A stretch of 35,954 nucleotides of DNA from Paraspadella gotoi (lineage: Eukaryota; Animalia; Chaetognatha): positions 8,625 through 44,578 of the forward strand of contig JBJCIZ010000780.1 of NCBI GenBank assembly GCA_051294375.1, in the 5' to 3' direction. The stretch's first letter is position 1; each line of letters opens with the position of its first letter. This document shows positions 10,941-21,399 of this stretch, piece after piece. The notes below the pieces were generated by a model. That model was not told the DNA's origin. It searched no databases and worked only from the letters and a program-made list of their open reading frames with translations. Position numbers and translations under genes: made by a program.

Positions 10941-11343
10941 TCACTTGTTTGATACTTGTTTCTAATTATTTATTATTATAATTAGTTACCCGGAGCCTTA
11001 TAACATTTATTGATACTTAACAATATAAAAAATATTCTGGAGCATCTTCAGCATCNNNNNNNNNNNNNNNNNNNNNNNNNTCGCTCTTCGCTTCCTCTCT
11101 GTCTCGCTCTTCGCTCTTCTATCTCAGCATGAGCGTTTTATCAAGCATACCATCATCAGGCTTATCATTCTTTCTCTTCTGTCTCTCTTTCTGTCTATCT
11201 TTTCTCTATTTCTTTTCTCCATTGGGCTCTTTCTGTATTTTAGAATTAAATTTTAGTGAAAAAAAAAAACATAAAAGAATAAACTTAGTAGAGAAAAGCA
11301 AACTTTTTATAATGTTTTACAACGAATTTTAATTTGAATAGAT

Positions 11344-11387
11344 ACGGACATGTTGTCGGCTTGTTATTTCAAGCCTTCATGCAGCGG
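11344..11387 (-). ncRNA. Second hammerhead copy with single-base insertions in the core
   Basis: Minus strand CCG-CTGcATGA-A-GGCTTGaaataaCAAGCC-GAcAAC-ATGTC-CGT; the insertions are consistent with read noise or decay. Confidence 0.65.
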
Positions 11388-11647
11388 TTTGACAGTTGAA
11401 ATACAATTTTAACATAAGAAGAGTGAGTGAAGAGAGAGAGAAAGAGAGAGAGTAAAAGTGTTCCAACAAAGTGATGAGACAGATAGTGGTCAGATTGAGG
11501 ACGGTTGAAGGTGAGGTGGGGTGAGTTGTTAAAAGAATGATAACTTGTTAGATAGAGAGAGAACCTAGGCATGTTAGAAAACTTTTACCCTCTCTCTCTC
11601 TTTCTCTCACACTCCTCTTATGCACAAAGTTTATTTCAAATTGTCAA

Positions 11648-11688
11648 ACGCTGATGAAGGCTTGAATAACAAGCCGAAACATGTCCGT
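11648..11688 (+). ncRNA. Minimal type I hammerhead ribozyme
   Basis: ACG (stem I) - CTGATGA - A - GGCTTG aataa CAAGCC (stem II) - GAAA - C AT G (short stem III within palindrome ACATGT) - TC cleavage site after 11685 - CGT (stem I). Confidence 0.88.
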
Positions 11689-11926
11689 ATCTATTTAAAA
11701 TAAATTCGTTGTAAAACATAAAACTTTGCTTTCTCTACTAACAAACAAACAACGAAAAAGAAAGGATTATACATCAAGAAAACTTTAAAAAAAATAAAAG
11801 AGAGAAAAAAATGAAAAAAAAAAAAATGTGTAACTTTTTTGAATTATCTTGATTTGGGTTTTAAAGTCGCTCAACGATTTTTGTTTTTTTTTTTTTAAGG
11901 AAAAAATAGAGAAAATTTGTGACGTC

Positions 11927-12085
11927 AAACTGATGTAAAATGATGTTAAACTGATGTTAAAATGATGTTAAAATGATTTAAAATGATTTTCAAAATGATG
12001 TTAAAATGATGTTGAAATGATGTTAAAATAATGTTAAAATGATGTTAAAATGATTTAAAATGTTGTAAAAATGTTTTAAATGACT
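11927..12085. repeat. 11-bp minisatellite (AAAATGATGTT)n, about 13 units
   Basis: Directly visible. Confidence 0.9.
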
Positions 12086-12169
12086 TCAAAAAATTTATTC
12101 TAGAATTCGATTTCTATTATGCTTGAAACTTTTTTGATTGATAACTTAAACCAAATTTCATTTTAGCTA

Positions 12170-12698
12170 AAATGTCCTCTTCCCTCTCTATTCTATTCTC
12201 TATCTCTTTTCCTCTCTCCTTCTCTCTTTTCTATTCCCTCTCTTTCCTCTCAATTCCTTTTCCTCTCTCTCTCTTCTTTTCTCGTCCCTCTGTATCTTCT
12301 CTTCCTTCTTCCTCCTCTTTTGCTCTTTTTTTCTATCTCCTCCTCCTATCCTCTTCCCTCTCTCTTTTCTTTACCTCTTTCCTCTCTCTCTTCTCTCTTT
12401 TTCTATTTCCTCTTCTCTTTCCCGTCAATCTCATCCTCTTTTCCTCCTCTCCTCCTCTCTATCTTCTTCCTCTCTCCTCTCATCTCTTCCGGAAAATTCA
12501 CCATACTCATTCCCTCTCTCTCTCATCTCGTTTCTAAATCATTATTCCGCTTCTCTCACACACCTTCTCTATTCTCTTCTCCTCCTTATCCTCCTCTCTC
12601 CTCTCTTCTCCTTCATTCTCTCTTCCCCTCTCCGTTCTCTTCATCATATATATATCCTCCTCTCCCTCTCTGCTCTCATTATCTCTCCCCTCATTCCT
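12170..12698. repeat. Degenerate CT-rich polypyrimidine tract
   Basis: Composition almost entirely C/T. Confidence 0.9.
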
Positions 12699-12859
12699 AA
12701 AGCCTGTTTTGTATCCGATTCGATATCTCGAATACTAATCGTTTTGACCTCTCCGTTGTAATATTATGGCATAATGAATTATATCGGACATTGTGGAAAC
12801 TTATATAATTACAGTGCAATTATATTGGAAGACTATCATATGTATCGATATTTGAAAAT

Positions 12860-15170
12860 GTAGTAGGAATTAATCATACAACATTGAAAATGAATAGACT
12901 ATTAATTAGTGTATTTGTAAATAGTATTATCACAAATCAGCATTCATTTTAGTATTATCACACTCAATCATATTGGTTAATCAATCTCACCTACGTCAAT
13001 TTGGTTATTCATCAGCTCAGATTATTGTTATACATCGCATCACAAATATTTAATGAATTATCATACGCATGTAACAAAATCATTTGGTTATATCGCATCA
13101 ATCCTTTGGTTATCATCGCATAAATATAAAAATGAGTTATGCTAATTTTGATCAGGCAGATATGCGAATGCTAAATATTTTTTAAATAGTTTTGTCTTTA
13201 TAAGCTGTAAAAGATCTGGTGAGTAAACACGAAGTGATAAAATTAACTAAAATAAGTAGAACAATTTTGGTTAACAGATTTTAAGAGAGAAATAAAACTA
13301 GCTGATTTCTTTCTTTATTATTTATAAAAATTAAGACACTATAAAAGATTCCTTTGAAAGGGACGTTACAGATTGAAGGTAGGGGAAAAATTCAGCAGGA
13401 AGAAACAGGCCGCACCCACTAATTCTTTTTTATCGGGTTAAGTAACAATAAAGGAAAAATGAAAAAACTAATGTGAGACCTCCATTCTTTTGGATCCTTC
13501 CCACTGAATTTAAGTTAGGAACATATTTTGTTTTTATGAAAAAAAACAGGGAGATCAATGATCTAGCTGTATTCGAGCAATTATCATCAGTTTTTGCTAC
13601 TTATCTCTAAATAAAAATATCCATTGATGTGTTCAGACAACGCTTTTCAAGGCACAATTTATATGCTCAAACCTGAATTCTTATTTTTGAGATTGAAACT
13701 GCTAGAATCTCCACAGTTAAATTTTATGAGATATTAGTCGGTCATATAAGAAAAAAAAGGTTACCATCATCAAAATTCTTACAGACTAGATAACTAAATA
13801 GCTTATTTACGTGATCCAAATCGCTGTTGATAAAGTACTCCTGTTTTCTGTTGTTTTTTATAGTCGGTATCCATAGAGACTATCTGTCTATGTGCCACGA
13901 AGAATTCCGATCGTATCTCATGTATAACTCTTTTCATACACATAGGAATATGACGACTAAGGACTGAAGATATGGTCTTTAGCACGAGTTAAAGAAGTCT
14001 TCGATGACTCGTCATGGACCGAGTACAATATGCGCTTGGAACTTGCTTAAGGAGTTGCTATACGCTTTTGGAGCTTGAAGAAGGGTTTGGTCGTGGGTGA
14101 CGCGGTCACCAATTTCTTTGTTGTATAGAATCATTTTTTATATATAGAAACTAGAAATTATGATAAATTATCAAATAGAGAGATGACCATGCTCTGTGTC
14201 TGTCCTCGTCTGTCCGTCCGTTTTGTCTGGCCGGTGGCGGCAGCTCTCCTGTAGAACACTAGTCCTCAAGTTCATTGTGTCTCAGAATCTGGGATTGGTT
14301 TGGAGATTTGCCGAGACTATCGGAGAAAAAAGAGAGAGAGACTGGCAGACAATCATAGAGGCGGCATAATCTGGAAGAGGTGACAAACAGAAGGTCGTCG
14401 TATCGAGTATGAAGAGGCGCACAGTCAGGAGGATTCTCGGGAGCGCAGGGAAAGAACTCGAGCTTTCGTCATACGTGATGACCATATGTACTCCTAAAAT
14501 ACGTCCACGCCTCTGATATTTCTACCTGATTTTGTTCACCTGATCATGAAAAAATGTGAACACCTCCGTCATACTAAATGCTCTCTTATCAAAGATATAT
14601 CTGAAGAATAGTATACTTTAATATTTCGCATTTTTTTGCCGTCTATTCATATATGATTTATATCTTTTTCGCTCATATCTCATTTTTCTTTATCATAAAT
14701 GATGTTTGTTTTGGATATTGTACATATGGCTAGAAAGTAGATTGGGTGACTACGGTGGGCAAATGCTTTCATCGTGCTGATATAGTGAACACTCATTTAC
14801 ACCAGAAATGAATCATTAAATTGATGATTCATTGAAATGACTTTACATGTCTAAGGGTAATATGGCAATCGTAGCATCTGAACTGTCAAACTTCAGATAT
14901 AAAATATTATCAATACCTTGTACGTTCTATGTACACGGGATGTAGGGTGGACCCATTGATAGACAAGACATTGTTAAAAATTTAAAAGGTTCTTCGGACC
15001 ATATGGATTAGTCTATATTAATTTATTTTTTTTTATAAGAGTATTGTTATAATAACTAATTGTTTTGGGAGGCTAGAGTAAAATAGTTTAGTTAAAATTT
15101 TAAAAAATTATATTTTTAATAAACACATCATAACTATAAGTAAGAAACATCATTTTTTATTAAAACATTT
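12860..15170 (+). repeat. Insertion-rich copy of 32560-34270, including a garbled copy of the BAR terminal exon (~13946-14490)
   Basis: Ordered anchors shared: TTTATAAGCTGTAAA, AAAATTAAGACACTAT, AAGGCACAATTTATA, CGACTAAGGAC, GAGCTTGAAGAAGG, TATTGTACATATGGCTA, ATTGAAATGACTTTACAT. Confidence 0.85.
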
Positions 15171-15399
15171 TACCGTGCAACAATTAAGTGGATATTAAAT
15201 ATCATGCCAGATATATCCTTGCCTTTGTTCTCTGTCACTTATAAAATATCTGAAATTGATTGAAAATATAAATATTGAGATTTGGAGTACATTGGAGTAG
15301 TAGATTGAAGATTATTTTATAATGATTTTGTTTAATATTTATAAAATATTGATTGATTGATATGAGTGGTTAAAATTTGAAGTTAAGAATAAAACAAAG

Positions 15400-15802
15400 T
15401 TTTAGAAAAATAAATGATAAGCAAAAAAAAAAAAGCTGAAAAAAATGATGACAAGTTGAAAAAAAAATTGATCCAAGTAAAATGAAAAAAAAATGATGCA
15501 AGTAATAGAAAAAAATGATAAGCAAAAGATTGAAAAGACAAAAGCAAGTTAGAAAGAATGAAGCAAGTTAAAAAAAATGGATAAGGCAAAATGTAATTTG
15601 AAAAATGATGAGGAAGATTAATAAATACATGCGAGTATATAAAAAATGATGCAGGTTATAAAAAAATGATTGTACCTTATTTGGTACTATATTTCTAATA
15701 CTATAGTTTTTTTATTTATTTATTTATTTTTTTATTTAGCTGATTACACTTAATTATCGTGGGCAGATTCCGGACACTGTGTTGCCTCAAATTTGTTTTT
15801 TA
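15400..15802 (+). mobile_element. HINE family 1 3' portion
   Basis: AAAAATGATGCAAGT-like repeats, then ATCGTGGGCAGATTCCGGACA..CTCAAATTTGTTTTT terminus. Confidence 0.65.
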
Positions 15803-16289
15803 TCATGTTTATCATTCTCTATTAAAAGATGTTGTAATTCTCCTACATTAAAAAAAATACCGCCGCGAGGGGAACAATCCTCCTATATAAAAGTTAGCCA
15901 AAACGAGTTTTCAAAAATAAAATATAGCTAATTTTGCAATATTCTATTCTTTTTTATTATTAAATATTTTTAATTTTCAATATTCCACAGGAGGAGTCGA
16001 ATTCGAGGCACCGTAAAAAATTAATTTTGGGACGCCCATTTTGAATAATTTTTGAAAAGGGAGGAAAAAAACTGATTGAAAGTAATTTTTTTTGGGGGAA
16101 AATAAGCATTTAAGGAAAAATTCTCATGGATTTTCTATGGTTGAAATCAGGAAGAGATTTTATTTTCTGAGATTTTATTTCTGAGATCGCCCGAGTCTCG
16201 ATAGATTTGCTTTTGGTGGCTTGTACTCCCTGCGCATGTCGTGATGCAACAATTTAAAAGAATTGTAAGGTACAGGGAAAATAATCTCG

Positions 16290-16404
16290 TGTTCTGATAT
16301 GATAATAATTATTTCCTAAACAAGATTCTTGAGGTTGGAACCTGACAGAGAAGCCCGACAAAGGAATATAGGTCGGAATCTGCTGATAAAGCAACCCGAC
16401 TAAA
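16290..16404 (-). mobile_element. HINE family 1 5' end, degenerate
   Basis: GTCGGAATCTGCTGATAAAGCAACCCGACTAAA, a noisy version of the family-1 hairpin. Confidence 0.6.
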
Positions 16405-17092
16405 TGAGAGAGACAGAAATTATTGTGAAGAGGTTGGTGAACGAACTCGTGAACCATGCTGGGTTTTTTTCTGAAAGATGGTGAAGAGAGGAGAAGGAGA
16501 AGGAGTGGAGAAAGATGGGGAGGAGGAGAGAGAAAGAGCCAGGAGGTGAATCGATCTTGTCTCTTTTCTTTCTCAAGGAAATTAACTGGGGAAGAAAAAG
16601 GTAAAAACGACTAAAAAGGAGAAATAAGATTAATGAAGAAGAGGAGAAAAGGAGGAAAAAGTAAGGAAAGGGACATTAGAGAAATAAACGGATGAAAGGA
16701 CATAAAAGAGAAAGGGAGGAAGGACAGAGAGAAAGAAGGGAGAATGGACATAGAGAAGATGACAAAAAAGGGAGGAAGGAAGGAAAGAAATGGAGAACAT
16801 GACGTTGCGGTGTGGATATCGTGAATCAATCGTATTTATTTGATTCATTTTCATTTCATTTTTCATTCACGAAGGTCATTTCAACAAATGAAAGTGATTG
16901 AGAGAGAGAGAGAGAGAGAGAGAGAAGAGAGAGAAGAGAGAGAGAGCAGTAGAGAGAGAGAGAGAGTAGATTCACTTTTCTGTTTTTCAATTTTGGATCC
17001 GGTGAACCAACCATGATAATTATTTTTCTATTAAAAGTTTTTTTATAATATCTCAAAGCCTGCCAATGTCATAAAATTAACTCGATTAACAG

Positions 17093-18006
17093 GTCTACGG
17101 AGCTACAAGAAAACTGAAATTTTCGCGTCGCTTACGAGTCGCTATCAAGAATTTATTCACATGGTTGTCTCTTCTTCAGATGATAATTAATAAATGCTAG
17201 TGAGGGACGATTTAAGTATGTTAATTAATGATTATTTGTCATGAAATTTTTACCTATCTTTCATCTTTTGTTATATAAAATTTGTTTTAAGTGGAAATTT
17301 TTTTTTTGATCGACAGAGAAGTGCTTCACACTAGGTGATGCAGCTTAAACTGAAGGACTACATGGCGTAAGATCTCCTGAATGCTTTCAAGGAGTAATCC
17401 AAAAGTCTTTCGAAAACGCTCAACCCTCAAGGCTAAGGACGTGATTATTGGCAGAAACTACCGGCAGAGCTTTTGCATGATAATGTCATAAATAAAGTAT
17501 AATTATAATAGTTATAAAAATAATCAATTGCGGATATAATTTTTTTCTCCTTCTTTCGCAGCTGATTGATGGTAAGGCTACCATGGGACAGTTCCTAGTT
17601 TGGGAACATGAGTTGTTCTCAAAGATTTTTCGGCGACTTTGTCAAAGAACTTGTTAAACCTTTAACTACAATTCCAGAATTTAAAAAGTGTCTTTAACGA
17701 ACTTAAAGACGATGTGCTCATGACTCTCTTTTGACGGGCGCCTAACCAAATACAAAAGTAATATTACAAAGGTTTATATCAGATTATTACCCTGAATTGA
17801 TTTCAATTTCTTTTTTCGACCAATCCAAGAACTTGTAAAAAAGCGTCAACCACGAACTCCAAAAGTTCGAGGAAGATTGGCTCTAATGGATGCCGATCAG
17901 AAACATGAGAAATGATTTGACTCGTATGGCCGAGGAGAAAAGTTTTATTCCGGTTTTGATACACGACATCAATTGGGTGGCTTTGAATCACACGTTGCAA
18001 CTATGA
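17093..18006 (+). CDS. Four exons of an unrecognised protein (17093-17215, 17317-~17484, 17562-17757, ~17821-18006), interrupted by single-base errors or pseudogenised
   Basis: CAG acceptors with pyrimidine tracts, GT donors and matching intron phases; peptides LRSYKKTEIFASLTSRYQEFIHMVVS / VMQLKLKDYMA..DLLNAFKE / LIDGKATMGQFLVWEHELFSKIFGDFVKELVKPLTTIPEFKKCLNELKDDVLMTLFDGRLTKYK / NDLTRMAEEKSFIPVLIHDINWVALNHTLQL after correcting homopolymer indels. Confidence 0.65.
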
Positions 18007-18023
18007 GGTGTGAATAGTTCCCA

Positions 18024-20692
18024 TTTTTTATCGAGCTGAACCGGCGAGCGGGTTCAGGCTCTAAATTGTTTTAGGGTCGCTCTTTGTGACATCGTCGTCG
18101 TCGTCGTGCTCGTCCGTTCAGCTGTTTTTTATATAAAAACTACTAGCGCTTTTTATGGTTTGGCTGGACTTACCGTTTTTTTTAAATAAAAATTATTATG
18201 AATTATGATAAAGTTTTACAAAACGTGTTGCAATCATAGTAAGTTAAAAAATTTAGATATGGCTTCTCATCTTGAAATAGCTTTGATATTTTCTTATTAC
18301 ATTTGGATTAAGTATTTTTGTTTGAATTTCCACTTCATTATGATTTATAGGCAATATGCAAATGAGATTATAGTACTCATTATAATATCCAAATTAGTAT
18401 ATAGAAATGCTTTAATCTAATTTACATATTGCAGTATAATAGTATTGAGAGATAATTCAAAATTTTTTTTAATTATCTAATAAAAATGGGAAATCAAAGG
18501 ACTTTTGAGAAGCTATATCTTAATTTTATATAAATATAAATAAAATCTTTTCAGCTGCGATGATTGGAAAAATTGTAAACATTGTTAACATTTTTTTGCC
18601 TTTCTTTTATTTCTTTAATTATAATATATATTTTTTCCACTTTTGTCAGTTGCGCTGCCTCTTCTGAATCGTTAAAACGAGTTCAGGCTCTGCGTGAGAC
18701 CTGCTCTTCAGTGTCGCTCTTTTTCTTGGTGCTCTCGTTCTGTCTCTTCTTCTCTCTGTCGATTCTGCATCCTCTCGGCATCCTGTGATCGTTTTTTAAA
18801 AATTTTTGATTAATTTTTGTTCCTTTTAAAGAAACTTTTATTATCGCCATTATTTCGGCGCTTCTTTCTCAATAGCAAAATCCCCAAAATTACATCCGAG
18901 ATTTTCCTGGTGGATTTTTTTGAGAAATTGAAGAATATCTTGACTTGACGCTGGATTTTCGTGGCCGTTGCAGGGCACGAGTAAAACAATGTCGAGGAAG
19001 CGAATGAACCTTGGATGGCAACGGAAACGTTACGTGTATAAAAATCAACTTGACCGGGATCACGCCGATAGTTATACGAGAGTGACGTAAATATTGCGTA
19101 CGTTGGCGGAAACGTTTCTCTCTCATCTTCTCTCTCTCGTGTCGACTTCTAAGCTGCTCTTCGTCGATGTTACCTCTGCATTATTTCTATCTCTTTTTTT
19201 TTGTACAAAATAATTTTTAGTCACTTTGTTCAATCACCCGTCATGGCGCTCATACGTTCCTCTCTCTTGACTGTTCGTGTCTGCGCGGTGCTCTGTTTCT
19301 CTCTCTGTTCTCTTCCATTCTGATCATTTGTACCGATGTTCGGTTCGTTTTTTTGAAAAAATTCTTATTATTTTTTCGCTTCTACCAAACTTTATTAATC
19401 GAACAATCGGCCAGTTTTTTTTTTTTTGCTCAAGTACAAGAAAAATTCAAATTTACATCCGAGATTTTCCGTGGATCTCCATTTTAATAAAGGAATCACT
19501 AAACCTTGTATGCAGGCAAGTGTCACATGTTAACTCAGCTTGCTTATATGTCCGGCAATTCCACGGAATTAATTTTAAATTGCATATATGAATTTCTAAA
19601 AAAAAATTTTTTGTTTGTTTTTGTTTATTAACTGTAACTTTGGACCGGTCGGCGCGACTATTGGCAAATTGATATCTAAATAGGAGTTGAGAAGAGAGAT
19701 AAATAAGATAATTAAAAACATTACTTTTTTTGTTATTCTATATTTTAACAATTTTCAAAAATTTTGTAAATTATTTTTTTAGTTGGTAATATATTCTAAT
19801 CATTTTATCTCTTTTTAAATAAAAAATTGATTTGAGTTTGGGATATATATTTATAAATTAGTTAAAATACGCAAATATGAATTTGAACCTCGGTCTGGTT
19901 TCTTCCTTCTTTAAAAAAAAAACAATCTAAAATTTCATTCAGATTAAAAACTTATATATATAGACATAAAGTTTTTCTTTGTAAGTAAAATAAATATTAG
20001 AAGGAAAAGAGTCGTCCCTACTCAATACGTCGAGAAAAACGAGTTCAGCTCTGGCAGGCGGCGGTCCAGCTTCTTCTCTTATCTTTCTCTTCATCTCTCA
20101 CCTCTCTCTCTCTCTCTCTCTCCTATCTCTCTCTCTCTCTCCTCTATTCGTCTTCTTTCTATTTATTCGCCATTATTCCGCTTTTTTCCTCATACAATCT
20201 CAAATTTAACATTCGAGATTTTTCCGTGGATTTTTTTTCTAAAATTCTGATTATTCTTTATATACGAGAGAGAAATCTGACCAGCCTCTCTCTCTCTTTC
20301 CTCTCTCTCCTCCTCTCGTCTCTCTCTCCCGCTCGTCGCTCTCTACTCTCTCCCCGTTCTCGTCTCTCTCTCTCTTTCATCATGCAATTACACGCATTTG
20401 TTTTATTTTACGTGAATGATTCATCAGTAAAATGAATAATATAATCGCATCAATGAATGATTATCATCATATAAATGAATGATTATCATCACATCGATGA
20501 ATGATTCATCGCGTCAATGAATGACTATCATCGCATCAAAATTTGATTATCCATCACATCAGTTATTTTGTTATCATCGCATTCAACTTAATTGGTTTAA
20601 GGTCTTATCAATATTGTTGATTCATTCGCTATCAATATTTGTTATCATCAAAAGTAGGCTCGATTCTTATGCTTTTAAGATTTTTTTTTTTT
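18024..20692 (+). mobile_element. HINE family 2, both ends present
   Basis: 5' TTTTTTATCGAGC(C)TGAACCGG..GGTTCAGGCTC hairpin, (GTC)n, CT-rich modules, 23-bp arrays, 3' subterminal inverted repeat AGGCTCGAT, TCTTA/TAAGA hairpin and T run. Confidence 0.75.
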
Positions 20693-21004
20693 CAAGTCGT
20701 ATGTTATACGAAGACAATTATTATTTTCAGGTGCGTGAAATCTGACGATTTCAAAAATAAAGGACGTAATGATTTTAGCCAAGGGTTTCATAATAAACGA
20801 AAAAAACAAAAACACTTAAATTTCCCATACAGTATCAATTCCAGGAAAAACGGTTATTGGAGATAGGTAGTTAGATCGAGTTCGCCTAATTACCTAAAGA
20901 GAAATTTTTTAAAATATATTATCTTATATCAAGTAAAATTAATTGCTGTAAATTAATGTCTATTATATCTAAATCTCAAGATATTTAGTTCTCTCTTAGT
21001 TTCG

Positions 21005-21250
21005 CAAACATACGAAAGGCCTAGGTCTATTTACATTAGACGTAATTCAGGAACGATCCTTCACATTAGAAAATCTAGGAGATATCCATGGCAGGATTCG
21101 TGCAGTGAAAATCTGAAGGTGACTTATGATTCTCAATAATGAGAAGTACCTTTCATTTTTCACTATCTTAAAAAGATTCACGAGGTACAGGCGCGGTCTG
21201 ATCAAGAGAATCTATTCAGGAAATTTTTCACTTCAATTTGTCGGTGCCGG
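21005..21250 (+). mobile_element. Possible degenerate CR1/L2-type LINE ORF2 C-terminal fragment
   Basis: Ordered motifs across frames: LGLFTL, GDI, VKI, SRG, RKFFT, comparable to the recalled GLFSLE..RGDLI...KI..TRGH..FF pattern. Confidence 0.35.
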
Positions 21251-21399
21251 GCCATTTTTATTCTAAGGGCTGAGATACATTTCGTTTGGTCATTATTCGC
21301 ATTCCCCCCCAGCCCAAAAAAAAAAAATCAGTTTGAAAAAGACTTCGCCTATTTCTTTGGCTGACTAGAACGAGACTTATTGCGTAACGGAAGGAAAGA

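Larger units (their letters stand above)
11285..11741. mobile_element. Inverted-repeat element resembling Penelope-like pseudo-LTRs; no RT/GIY-YIG ORF seen
   Basis: Arms 11285-11468 and 11572-11741 are reverse complements around a ~100-bp spacer; each holds a hammerhead motif; the right arm has AATAAA after the ribozyme. Confidence 0.7.

Noticed and set aside
11927-12085. Telomere-type repeat
   Set aside because: Internal, AT-rich 11-mer with no G tract
12172-12700. Leu/Ser/Phe-rich membrane-protein-like ORFs (also 16611-16866, 20226-20435, 29229-29634, 32122-32537)
   Set aside because: Translations of CT/GA microsatellite
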